Positions 49,112 through 57,933 of a stretch of 64,000 nucleotides of DNA are shown in pieces. The DNA lies in IMG/VR virus record IMGVR_UViG_3300032331_003609, positions 180,851-244,850 of that record; one strand, written 5' to 3'. The stretch's first letter is position 1; each line of letters opens with the position of its first letter. The notes beneath the pieces are model-generated. The model was not told the DNA's origin and ran no database searches. It worked only from the letters and a program-made list of their open reading frames with translations. Position numbers and translations under genes: made by a program.

Positions 49112-49744
49112 ATGGATAGAGAGATAATATCGGGTGAAGATTTTTTATATCAAAGAGGGACAATTTCAACAGTCTACTCTTGGTATAGACCATCTTATGA
49201 CTATGTTAAAGATTATTTACAATACCTGAAAGACGAGACAACTGTTTTTGATGAATTTGAAATTTATTTAGCAGGAGGTATACTATACGATTTTGATAGC
49301 ACATGGGACGTTGATATATTTCTAGTAGGTGGTTTGGAAAGCGATGCAAAGATAGAAGAGCAATTAAATCTTATGACAGACATTGCATTGAATAAATTTT
49401 TCATGCTAGTAGATATAGCATGGATGGAAAGAAGACCTTCGAATATTACTTATTCGCAAATGGAAGAAAATAATTTTCTTCAAGAGGATATAGCATATAA
49501 AAAGATAGGGCATTTTAAAAAGAAAATGGGGACAGAATCCTGGGAATACAATATGAAAGATAATCCTGGTGTTGAACCTTTGAGCGAATACTTAATTAAA
49601 AGCAGTTTTGGTGGATTCAAACACACTGACAAAATGATAGACAAGGTTAGGAATCATCCTAAGCAAAATGTGATAACCACATTTAGTGCGGAAGAATTTC
49701 TATTGAATGATAGAAATTATTTTTTAAGTAATACTAATAGATAA
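49112..49744 (+). CDS. Pol-beta superfamily nucleotidyltransferase-like protein
   Basis: [21 protein letters not shown] fits hG[GS]x(9-13)DhDh, and a third Asp lies in MLVDIAW. Confidence 0.7.
   Translation: MDREIISGEDFLYQRGTISTVYSWYRPSYDYVKDYLQYLKDETTVFDEFEIYLAGGILYDFDSTWDVDIFLVGGLESDAKIEEQLNLMTDIALNKFFMLVDIAWMERRPSNITYSQMEENNFLQEDIAYKKIGHFKKKMGTESWEYNMKDNPGVEPLSEYLIKSSFGGFKHTDKMIDKVRNHPKQNVITTFSAEEFLLNDRNYFLSNTNR
49736..49744 (+). promoter_or_regulatory. Putative late promoter variant AATAGATAA
   Basis: Motif variant overlapping the NTase stop, 8 nt upstream of 49753. Confidence 0.4.
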
Positions 49745-49752
49745 GATATAAA

Positions 49753-51093
49753 ATGGCAAGTGTAAATATAAAATTCTCATCAGCAGGAAACGTTACGAGT
49801 CAATCGTATGAGATATCTGCAAGCGCAACAGAAAATGGGAGTTATAGTGTAATTAGTACTATATCAAGAGCAACACTTCTTGCCGGAACTTATATTACTG
49901 TTCCAGATGATTCTACGTGGATTAAAGGCGATAATGTTACAGTGGGAGCACCAGCTGGTATATCCCACAAAATACAAATATCGGGTCTTCCAGCACCAAC
50001 GCCAGCACCAACACCAGCACCAACACCTGCGCCTACGCCAGCTCCAACACCTGCGCCTACACCAGCACCAACACCAGCACCAACACCTGCTCCAACACCT
50101 GAGCCTACGCCAGCACCAACACCTGCTCCAACACCTGAGCCTACGCCAGCACCAACGCCAGCACCAACACCAGCACCAACACCAGCACCAACGCCAGCAC
50201 CAAATTACGGAGGAACAGTTTATGTAGTTAACACCAATTCGGGAACTGCAGCTGATGCTTGTAACGTATCTGGATTATACATTAGTTTAGGAGTTACTGG
50301 TAATGCAACAACGTTCTGTGCATCTACAATTTTCACGTCAACCACATGGCTATCACAGTTTACGAGCGAAAATTATTATATTTCTGATGCTACAGGGGGT
50401 TCAGGTTATATGACGGTTTATCATGCATCTGGTGATAATTTTGCAACAGTAACCAGCGGAGGTTGTACAGCATGCCCAGGAGCACCAACACCTGCACCAA
50501 CGCCAGCACCAACACCTGCACCAACGCCAGCACCAACACCAACACCAGGTCCTAGTGGCGGAGGCGGAGGAGGCGGATGTCTAGTCTATGGAACACTGAT
50601 TAGTATGGCAGACGGATCATACAAACCTGTTGAAGAAATAGTAATAGGCGATCTTATTAAAACTGTATCAATAGACGGATTGGATAGCAGCGACGAAGAT
50701 GCATGGAAGGTATACACATCTACATCATTCTCTTCAACCCCTATGATATCTACAGTAATGGCTATAATGGATGATAATTGGATCGAATACTATACGATTA
50801 ATGAATCTTTAAATATCACATTTGAACACCCTGTATTTGTTAAGAGAGACATTGATTATCTATTTACTAGAGTAGTTGATCTAATGCTAGGAGACTTTAT
50901 CCTAGATGAGACCGGAAATTGGGTAGAAGTAACCACGATAGATAAAATAGAATTAAACGTTCAAACCATTAATATAAACGTTGAAGATAGCGATCTTTAT
51001 TTCGCTAATGGATTACTAGTTCACAATCTAAATAACGTAGATAAATCTCCTTCAGGGGGAGCGGGAGGAGGACAACCCCCATTTAATCTATAA
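49753..51093 (+). CDS. PAPT-repeat virion protein with poly-Gly linker and C-terminal Hint (intein-like) domain
   Basis: Hint spans 50578-51027. It has N1 [25 protein letters not shown], block B TFEHP and C-terminal [15 protein letters not shown]. The +1 residue is Leu. Confidence 0.88.
   Translation: MASVNIKFSSAGNVTSQSYEISASATENGSYSVISTISRATLLAGTYITVPDDSTWIKGDNVTVGAPAGISHKIQISGLPAPTPAPTPAPTPAPTPAPTPAPTPAPTPAPTPAPTPEPTPAPTPAPTPEPTPAPTPAPTPAPTPAPTPAPNYGGTVYVVNTNSGTAADACNVSGLYISLGVTGNATTFCASTIFTSTTWLSQFTSENYYISDATGGSGYMTVYHASGDNFATVTSGGCTACPGAPTPAPTPAPTPAPTPAPTPTPGPSGGGGGGGCLVYGTLISMADGSYKPVEEIVIGDLIKTVSIDGLDSSDEDAWKVYTSTSFSSTPMISTVMAIMDDNWIEYYTINESLNITFEHPVFVKRDIDYLFTRVVDLMLGDFILDETGNWVEVTTIDKIELNVQTININVEDSDLYFANGLLVHNLNNVDKSPSGGAGGGQPPFNL
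49990..50202 (+). repeat. PAPT/PEPT tandem repeats (about 18 units); a shorter block follows at about 50481-50546
   Basis: 12-nt period. Contains the same 24-nt unit as the upstream gene, at 50014-50037. Confidence 0.95.
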
Positions 51094-51096
51094 TAT

Positions 51097-51384
51097 ATGA
51101 AGTTAACAAAAACTGAAATATCACAGATAGGATCGATAATGAATAGTTATCGATCCATCCATGAAAGCCTAAATTTTTACGAAAAGAATTTGGTCCTAAT
51201 GGAGAAAGGAAATATAGAAAAATCCGGGGATGAAATAACATCTCTTGGAATAAAAATAAAAGATAGCATATCAAAACTCCAACAGGAACGAGCTAAGGAA
51301 AAAGATTTCTTTGGTTTTCTAGAACAGAAATACGGACCTGGACAATTTGATACAGAAACTTTTGAATATAAAACAACAAAATGA
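51097..51384 (+). CDS. Hypothetical coiled-coil protein
   Basis: 95-aa ORF with a helical pattern; overlaps the next gene by ATGA. Confidence 0.6.
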   Translation: MKLTKTEISQIGSIMNSYRSIHESLNFYEKNLVLMEKGNIEKSGDEITSLGIKIKDSISKLQQERAKEKDFFGFLEQKYGPGQFDTETFEYKTTK

Positions 51385-52124
51385 AACAAGTAGAAAAACA
51401 GGTAGAAGTTGTAAGGGAGTTTAAAAACAATAATAAGAAGTTACTTATAGTAGCAGGACTTATAATATTGGCATTTTTAATCTACGGAACATTTAACAAC
51501 AGCTACCATGCTAAAGAGATAAAAGCACTTGAAACTGAGATTGGTGTGGTTCAAAAAAAGTTTGATGCAGCAATAGAGGAAAAAGAAAAATTAAAGGATT
51601 CTTCTTTAATCTATGAAACAATGGCTGAACAAGCAGGTGCTGAGGCCGACGTATTTAGAACAAAAGCAGAAAAGGAAAAAAAGGCTAAGGAACTGGCATT
51701 ATCAGCGTTGCAAAATTTACCTAAAGATGTAATTGATACATTCTTTGTTAAAAGGTATGTAGATGTTCCTAAATCGGATATTGGATTAGAATTGGACAAG
51801 AATGTCGGAAATGCAATAGTGATAGAATTGGTTGAAAAAGATCATTTAGTTGGTCAATTAGCAACACAAGAGAACCTAACAACCACCCTTACCACACAGG
51901 TAAACACCCTACAAACTTCATTAGGTTTCTCTAAATTGGCTCTTGTTAGTGCAGATTCAGCAATTGTAGCTAGATCAAAGCAATTTGAATTACAACAACA
52001 AGTAAGTGACTTATTAAAGCAAGACTTAAAAACGGCTAAGAAAAAAGCTTTTTGGAACAAACTTAAAGGAACTGCAGTAGGTATTGTTGTAGGCTTTACC
52101 GTTGGTATTATTGCAGTAAAGTAA
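51381..52124 (+). CDS. Membrane-anchored coiled-coil protein (spanin-like candidate)
   Basis: N-terminal TM segment KLLIVAGLIILAFLIYGTF, a long coiled coil, and a C-terminal hydrophobic GTAVGIVVGFTVGIIAV. Confidence 0.5.
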   Translation: MKQVEKQVEVVREFKNNNKKLLIVAGLIILAFLIYGTFNNSYHAKEIKALETEIGVVQKKFDAAIEEKEKLKDSSLIYETMAEQAGAEADVFRTKAEKEKKAKELALSALQNLPKDVIDTFFVKRYVDVPKSDIGLELDKNVGNAIVIELVEKDHLVGQLATQENLTTTLTTQVNTLQTSLGFSKLALVSADSAIVARSKQFELQQQVSDLLKQDLKTAKKKAFWNKLKGTAVGIVVGFTVGIIAVK

Positions 52125-52160
52125 TTCTTAATCGTGATATTATCTCTCTCTAAAAAACTT

Positions 52161-52169
52161 GATATATAA
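52161..52169 (+). promoter_or_regulatory. Putative late promoter GATATATAA
   Basis: Exact motif, 5 nt upstream of 52175. Confidence 0.6.
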
Positions 52170-52174
52170 GGGAT

Positions 52175-54598
52175 ATGTCAAGCTTCACCTATACCAGTAA
52201 ATTTTTCAGTCTTGCTCCATATTTACTTATGGAGTACAGATATGGTACACAGCCTAATCCTGAGAATCATTCAGTGTTATATGGCCTTAATGCCATCGGT
52301 TTTGAAAAGATGTCCAATGGATATTTCAATGGGACAGTGCAAATTACCAATAGAAATCAAGACACTGAAGCAACTGGTAATGTAAGAGATAGAAGTTCTG
52401 TACAAACATCACAAAACACGTTTGTTAGATTAGATATTGATCGTTTAGAACAATATCTGGATTATGACGACAAGCTAACAGATATTAGCAATCTTCCTAT
52501 TGTATTTGAAAACAATATTAATGTCTATTATGACACCGTAAGATACCACTTTTTAAGTGGATATAATTTCGGAACAAAGGATGGCGCTATCATGCAAATC
52601 CAATTTCAGGAAAGAAACGGTAAGAAAGCTACTATTTCTCAAATAACATATGAGAAGGGGGATATAAATATTACAACACCTAACCCTAGTCCAATTTATT
52701 TTAATGCTGGAATATATGATCATTTTATAGAAGTTAAGATTCCTTCTTATGCTTCTATTACATATGACTATGACACCCAAGCAGTAAATGGATTAGCTGA
52801 TCAAACTATTGCATCTAAGATTAGTTCCGATGGACAAGGATTTATAAGAAATCAACCATTTAATATTTCTCTTTATGAGATAGAATCCACACAAAGTATT
52901 AATGGGTTTTACTATTATCAAACTGCTTTAAATACGATAGCAACAATTACTCCTTCCGATGAGTATGCAGATCTTGCAGGTGTTATAACTGAAAATACAG
53001 ATTTTGATTATTTTGAATATTATCCTTCTTGGCAAGGAAATTTTATAGAGGATTTCATTTATGCTGAAAGCTCTTTAGGAAACATCTATTATATTATTCA
53101 TGACATTGAACTAATGGAACAAATAGGTCTAAGAAGAGTTTCCACCCAAAAGATTCAATTGCTTCAAGATAAAGATTTTAATGGTCCTTATCTTTACAGA
53201 CCTGTTGTTATGAATCCTAAGGCAACTAGCTTCTCAATTAATTATTCAATGAGACTAGTTAATAAGAATAGTAACGTTTCTATACTAAGAGTATCAACAG
53301 TAACAAGTACTGAGGTTGACAAATACGGACCAGGCGTTAAAAGAATAAATTTATTACATCAGCCATATCCACAAAAGGTTTACAATAAGGTAGTTGAGCC
53401 GGTTGTTTCTAAGGCATACACATTGAATGTAAATCCAATAGAAAGAGTTATTACTAAATATGTTCCAGCTTTCTTTGAGAGAGAAAATGTAAATATATCA
53501 GAAGAAGATTTAACCATAGACAATCTTGGGGGTTTAACACAATCAGCAACTGTTGATGCTTCAATAGCATTTGGACAAGGAAAATCTAAGATTGTAATTA
53601 ATCCTTATGATAACTATTATAAGTTTAGGGTTTTTGTAAAAAATGACGGGAAAGAAAATACCTTATTAGATCTTGGATCTAATTCAGATTTTTATTTAGT
53701 ATTTGAAGGTGGAGATAACAAAACAGTAAAAATATCTAGTTTAATAAATAGCACATTCCAGAATCCTAGTAAAGGAGAATTGGTATTTAGAGTTGTTGAA
53801 TCAGATTCTAAAAAAGTAACAGCATTTATGGAAAGAGATTTTCATATAGTTGCAAGAACTAATAATGGAATAGAAACATCGATCTATCATGGATATTGGA
53901 TTTTACCTAGTGAAAGAGATCAGAAGCCTGTTGCGGTAACCCCGGCAACACCAGCTCCTATGCCTGCACCTGTAGTGATTTCACCAGTTCAAGCAACAGC
54001 AGCACCTGCGCCAATGCAAGTTGCAACCCCAACAGCAACGCCTGTTCCTGCTGCTATAGAAACACCTGCACCAACACCTTCTACACCAACGGTTGATATA
54101 ATACCGCAACAGCCTAAAGAATACTTTGACATTAAAACTGATCCTGTGATACTAAATGTTGAACCGGCAGTTATGACAAAAGTAGTTGTTGAAGAACCAG
54201 TTATTGTTAAGAAGATACCTATTAAGGCAGACATTGACACGCTAGCAAACCTAATCAAGATGGATGAAAATGCGGGTAAATCGGTTCCTGAAGTTTGTGA
54301 TTACTATACGGTTCCTGGAAATCCTGGAAATCTTCTTTATGAAGGTATCACAGTCAGATTCTTTTTAAATGCTGTTAGATTAGTCCATCCAGATACATTC
54401 GGTAGAAGAAGCGATGAATTTGCAATGTATGCAAATTACCTAGGTGAAATTTACAATCCATATGAGAATCAGAAATATCCATCAGGTGGTGGAGGTGGAG
54501 CTGGTGGTGGGTATATTGGAGGCGGGGGAGTAGGGTACAACATCTACGACAAGATACAAGACAAAAGTGAAACGATGGGTCAAACCTTCTTTCTATAA
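52175..54598 (+). CDS. Putative virion structural protein with Pro/Ala/Thr-rich linker and Gly-rich tail
   Basis: 807 aa with a beta-rich N-terminus, a TPATPAPMPAP...PAPTPSTP linker and a C-terminal PSGGGGGAGGGYIGGGG. Confidence 0.6.
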   Translation: MSSFTYTSKFFSLAPYLLMEYRYGTQPNPENHSVLYGLNAIGFEKMSNGYFNGTVQITNRNQDTEATGNVRDRSSVQTSQNTFVRLDIDRLEQYLDYDDKLTDISNLPIVFENNINVYYDTVRYHFLSGYNFGTKDGAIMQIQFQERNGKKATISQITYEKGDINITTPNPSPIYFNAGIYDHFIEVKIPSYASITYDYDTQAVNGLADQTIASKISSDGQGFIRNQPFNISLYEIESTQSINGFYYYQTALNTIATITPSDEYADLAGVITENTDFDYFEYYPSWQGNFIEDFIYAESSLGNIYYIIHDIELMEQIGLRRVSTQKIQLLQDKDFNGPYLYRPVVMNPKATSFSINYSMRLVNKNSNVSILRVSTVTSTEVDKYGPGVKRINLLHQPYPQKVYNKVVEPVVSKAYTLNVNPIERVITKYVPAFFERENVNISEEDLTIDNLGGLTQSATVDASIAFGQGKSKIVINPYDNYYKFRVFVKNDGKENTLLDLGSNSDFYLVFEGGDNKTVKISSLINSTFQNPSKGELVFRVVESDSKKVTAFMERDFHIVARTNNGIETSIYHGYWILPSERDQKPVAVTPATPAPMPAPVVISPVQATAAPAPMQVATPTATPVPAAIETPAPTPSTPTVDIIPQQPKEYFDIKTDPVILNVEPAVMTKVVVEEPVIVKKIPIKADIDTLANLIKMDENAGKSVPEVCDYYTVPGNPGNLLYEGITVRFFLNAVRLVHPDTFGRRSDEFAMYANYLGEIYNPYENQKYPSGGGGGAGGGYIGGGGVGYNIYDKIQDKSETMGQTFFL

Positions 54599-54608
54599 TC
54601 AATAGACT

Positions 54609-55160
54609 ATGTTATTAAACTCCAGGCAGAATGGTTTTATATTTAATTTTCCAAAGGGATTTTTCTCTAAAGCTTTGGAAACTAAGTATCATGCGTATGT
54701 GAAGAGAATGCCAATACCTTATGACAATCTAAAAGATTTCATGAATTCAACAATTCAACAGGTTTCATTTCCAACATTCCAATCTATAGATCATGTTGAA
54801 CAAACAAGACCTGGTGGATATAGACAGAACTACAAGAGTGCAACTAATATACAAAATCTTATTAGAAGAGATTTTAATGTCACATTTAAATTAGGGGAAG
54901 GACTTATTAACTATTGGATCATGTATGAAAGCATGATTAATTTCTTAGACTTTAATAATGCAGAGCAGGTTCTTCCTGATCTAACACTTAGATTATTAGA
55001 TCATGAAGGGGTTATTATGTCAACTATTGAATTTCAACAACCGATATATACATCATTATCGGAGACCCAATTAAACTATTCTAGCACGACTCCTCAGTTT
55101 TCCACTTTCAGTGTGGGCTTCCGCTGTAATTACGTAAACATAAAATTAGAAATTGGCTAA
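54609..55160 (+). CDS. gp3: Tail tube terminator/tail completion protein, T4 gp3-like
   Basis: IQQVSFP, FNVTFKLGEGLINY, DLTLRLLD...IEF...TSLSETQL and FSTFSVGF follow the gp3/gp19 tube-fold pattern. Confidence 0.7.
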   Translation: MLLNSRQNGFIFNFPKGFFSKALETKYHAYVKRMPIPYDNLKDFMNSTIQQVSFPTFQSIDHVEQTRPGGYRQNYKSATNIQNLIRRDFNVTFKLGEGLINYWIMYESMINFLDFNNAEQVLPDLTLRLLDHEGVIMSTIEFQQPIYTSLSETQLNYSSTTPQFSTFSVGFRCNYVNIKLEIG

Positions 55161-55821
55161 ACGAATTCTCGGAGTGGATTTCAGTTTAAATTCCCCGGCT
55201 TGGTGCTTATTAGCAGAGGGTGAATCTAAATGGGGATCTTTTCACCGCACAACAAAGAAGATAGTACCGATGATGACCAAAGAGGCATCACCGTTCAAGG
55301 TATTCTCAGAAATACCAAATTTCTCTCTGAAGATCATTGAGAAGGAAAGAGCTGACGGTGAATATTGGGAAGTAGAGAGAAAAAAGATTGAAAACTTCCT
55401 TGTGATAGCTGATTCCTTTATAGAAATGGTCAAACCCCATATAGACGATCAGACTGTAGTTTTTATGGAGGGTATATCATTTGGCAGCTCTGGAAATTCC
55501 CTAATAGATATTTCTATGTGTACTGCCCTTATTAGGGAAAGACTAGTAAATATAGTAGGCTTTGGGAGATTAAACATCTATTCCCCGACAGCTATTAAAA
55601 AATTTGCATGCAAAGGAAATGCAAAAAAAGACGAACTTTATCAAGCGCTTTTAGATAAATACAGTGAGGACAACCTTCTAAGTCCTCTTATCAGACCGCT
55701 GAAACAAAATCAGGATCTATGGATAAAAAAAAGCAAGGAAGTAGAAACACCTTGTTCAGATATTATAGATGCTACTTGGATTAGCCTTTATGGTAAACAA
55801 ATTTTAGGGGAAACTTTTTGA
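55153..55821 (+). CDS. RuvC-like Holliday junction resolvase
   Basis: ILGVDFSLNSPAW, VFMEGISFGS, YSPTAIKK...GNAKKDEL and DIIDATWI carry the RNase H-fold catalytic residues. Confidence 0.8.
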   Translation: MAKRILGVDFSLNSPAWCLLAEGESKWGSFHRTTKKIVPMMTKEASPFKVFSEIPNFSLKIIEKERADGEYWEVERKKIENFLVIADSFIEMVKPHIDDQTVVFMEGISFGSSGNSLIDISMCTALIRERLVNIVGFGRLNIYSPTAIKKFACKGNAKKDELYQALLDKYSEDNLLSPLIRPLKQNQDLWIKKSKEVETPCSDIIDATWISLYGKQILGETF

Positions 55822-55879
55822 ACAACTTAGGGTATAACTTAGGAATCAATTTTAGTTAATTTAAAAAAATTTAGAAAAC

Positions 55880-56860
55880 ATGGACAATTTAGACATTTTC
55901 AGTCTGGACAACGAGGACTTTTTAAAGCCCGAACCAGCAACCACAGGAAGCGGAGACGCTAACATTTACAAGCCTTATCCAGAATTAGGCAAAGACGGTG
56001 TTTACAAAGCACTTATCAGATTTCTACCTAACGTAGCAAATCCAAAAAAATCAAAAATCCATAAGTATTATGTTTGGTTAAAAGACCCAATAGACAATAG
56101 CAATTTTGTTGCAGATTGTCCTTCTACTGTTGGCAAGAAATCAATATTGAAAGATATCTTTTGGAAATTAAAAAACTCCCCGTCTGCAAAAGATCAGGAG
56201 TTAGCAAAATCATTTGCTAGAAAAGAAGATTACTATTCTTTAGTTCAAATAGTAAAAGATCCTAACCATGCTGAATTAGAAGGTAAGGTTATGGTATTTA
56301 AATTCGGTAAAAAAGTTGCAGATTTAATCGAGCAACAAATTAAACCAGAATATGGTAATCCGTGTAACCCTTATGATTTATTCGAAGGTAAGAACTTTGG
56401 TATTCATGTAAGAAAGGTTGGGGATTGGAATAACTACGATCTTTGCCAATTCGTTGGTGAGAAAGGACCAATCTCAATTGATGGAACAGCGGTTGAAAAA
56501 TCCGACAGTGATCAAAAAAGAATTGTTGAGTATTTAAAGAAAGGTCCGCAAGACTTAGTAGATAAATATGACTACAAAGAATGGACCGATGAAGATCGTG
56601 ATAAAATCACATCTATTATTAGAAACATCGTACCAGACGGAAGAATGGTAGCAGAGATTCTTTCAGGATCACCAGATTCTAAACCTTCTACCAACACAAG
56701 TAATCCACTTAAAAACGAAGCTAAGAAAACTCCAGAAGCAGCAGATGATTTCTTTGGCGATTCTAAATCTCTTGATGAGGTTGAGGAAGCACCAAAGGCA
56801 GCTCCTAAAAAACCGGCATCATCTTCAGGCAGTTTAGATGATTTGTATAACGATCTCTAA
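55880..56860 (+). CDS. gp32: Single-stranded DNA-binding protein, T4 gp32-like
   Basis: ALIRFLP, CPSTVGK, YYSLVQIVKDP, EGKVMVFKFGKKV, PYDLFEGKNF, NYD and an acidic C-terminal tail. Confidence 0.9.
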   Translation: MDNLDIFSLDNEDFLKPEPATTGSGDANIYKPYPELGKDGVYKALIRFLPNVANPKKSKIHKYYVWLKDPIDNSNFVADCPSTVGKKSILKDIFWKLKNSPSAKDQELAKSFARKEDYYSLVQIVKDPNHAELEGKVMVFKFGKKVADLIEQQIKPEYGNPCNPYDLFEGKNFGIHVRKVGDWNNYDLCQFVGEKGPISIDGTAVEKSDSDQKRIVEYLKKGPQDLVDKYDYKEWTDEDRDKITSIIRNIVPDGRMVAEILSGSPDSKPSTNTSNPLKNEAKKTPEAADDFFGDSKSLDEVEEAPKAAPKKPASSSGSLDDLYNDL

Positions 56861-56880
56861 GATAATAAATATGAGATTTT

Positions 56881-57933
56881 ATGCAAAAGCTAGGACTAGA
56901 ACAGGTAAAGAACCTTGTAACTAAGGTTCTACAAAAATCCTTTCCGGGTAATTCTGGGAAGCAACAGATTTATACCTCTCAGAATAGATTAAATTTTTCT
57001 TGTCCTTATTGCGGAGATTCAAATGATCCTAGAAAAAAGAGAGGCAATCTATATTTAGATAGCCTCTCTTTTAAGTGTTACAACGGAGGTTGTGGACAGT
57101 TCAGGGATTTAATTGGACTACTGTTTGATCATGACTTAAATCGTGAATTAACGCTAGAACAACTGGATGAAGCGAAGAATACTATTTCGCTTAAAAAATC
57201 ATCTAGAAGAATCAGTGCTAATGTTGACGTTTTCATCCTAGAGAATTACAAGGATGTTTTAGTTTACAGAGAAGACTACAAGCAAAAACTTAAGTTGATA
57301 GAAATACCCAGACCGATTAAAGAGTATCTTCTATCAAGGAATCAGATAGCAGACGAAAAGTACTTGTATTGCCCGGTTAAGAAGTCAATACACATCTTAA
57401 ATCTAACATCTGATGGTAAGTATATTCTAGGATTACAGCTCAGAAATATGAATAAGAATGCCGTTAACAAGTATTTTACTTATAAACTTAGTGGCATACA
57501 TAAAAATCTACTAAGGAACTTTAATCCTGAAATTATTGCAAAAGCTGAGGAACTAGATCCTATCTCTTTAGTGTTTGGATTTTCCACTGTTAATCTTGAT
57601 GAGACAGTTACTATTTTTGAAGGTCCACTGGATTCTTTTCTTTTCCCAAATGCTGTTGCGCTTTGCTCGATCAACAATCCTTTCCCGTTTGACATACCTA
57701 ATAAAAGATGGTTTTACGATGGCGATGAAGCTGGACGCGATGCACTTAGGAAAAAAATAGCTGTTGGAGACACAGTTTTTCTATGGGACAAATTCATAAA
57801 AGAGAATGATTTACCCGAAAGAGATAAATGGGATTTAAATGATTTAGTAAATTATCTTAGAGAATCTGGAAAGAAGATAAAAAGGTTAGAAAAATATTTT
57901 AGTAGTGAACAATGGGATTTAATTGGAATTTAA
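56881..57933 (+). CDS. gp61: DNA primase, T4 gp61-like
   Basis: Zn finger FSCPYCGDS...FKCYNGGC; Toprim VTIFEGPLDSFLF and YDGDEAG; C-terminal KWDLND. Confidence 0.9.
   Translation: MQKLGLEQVKNLVTKVLQKSFPGNSGKQQIYTSQNRLNFSCPYCGDSNDPRKKRGNLYLDSLSFKCYNGGCGQFRDLIGLLFDHDLNRELTLEQLDEAKNTISLKKSSRRISANVDVFILENYKDVLVYREDYKQKLKLIEIPRPIKEYLLSRNQIADEKYLYCPVKKSIHILNLTSDGKYILGLQLRNMNKNAVNKYFTYKLSGIHKNLLRNFNPEIIAKAEELDPISLVFGFSTVNLDETVTIFEGPLDSFLFPNAVALCSINNPFPFDIPNKRWFYDGDEAGRDALRKKIAVGDTVFLWDKFIKENDLPERDKWDLNDLVNYLRESGKKIKRLEKYFSSEQWDLIGI

Noticed and set aside
48469-50227. ORFs 48469-48687(+), 48488-48685(-) and 49880-50227(+) with HQHQ/GAGV repeats
   Set aside because: They are alternative-frame or antisense shadows of the PAPT tracts, lie within real genes and have no independent start signals.
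50578-51027. Hint domain as a classical mobile intein
   Set aside because: The +1 residue is Leu, not Cys/Ser/Thr. There is no homing endonuclease, and it sits near the C-terminus of a variable protein rather than in a conserved enzyme motif.
46890-51093. Diversity-generating retroelement acting on the fibre tips
   Set aside because: There is no reverse transcriptase in the window and no template/variable repeat pair differing at adenines. The two Cys-bracketed domains are not near-identical.
55810-55838. Possible early/middle promoter (GAAAC-N18-TATAAC) upstream of gp32
   Set aside because: It occurs once in the window, and I found no second copy to define a consensus.
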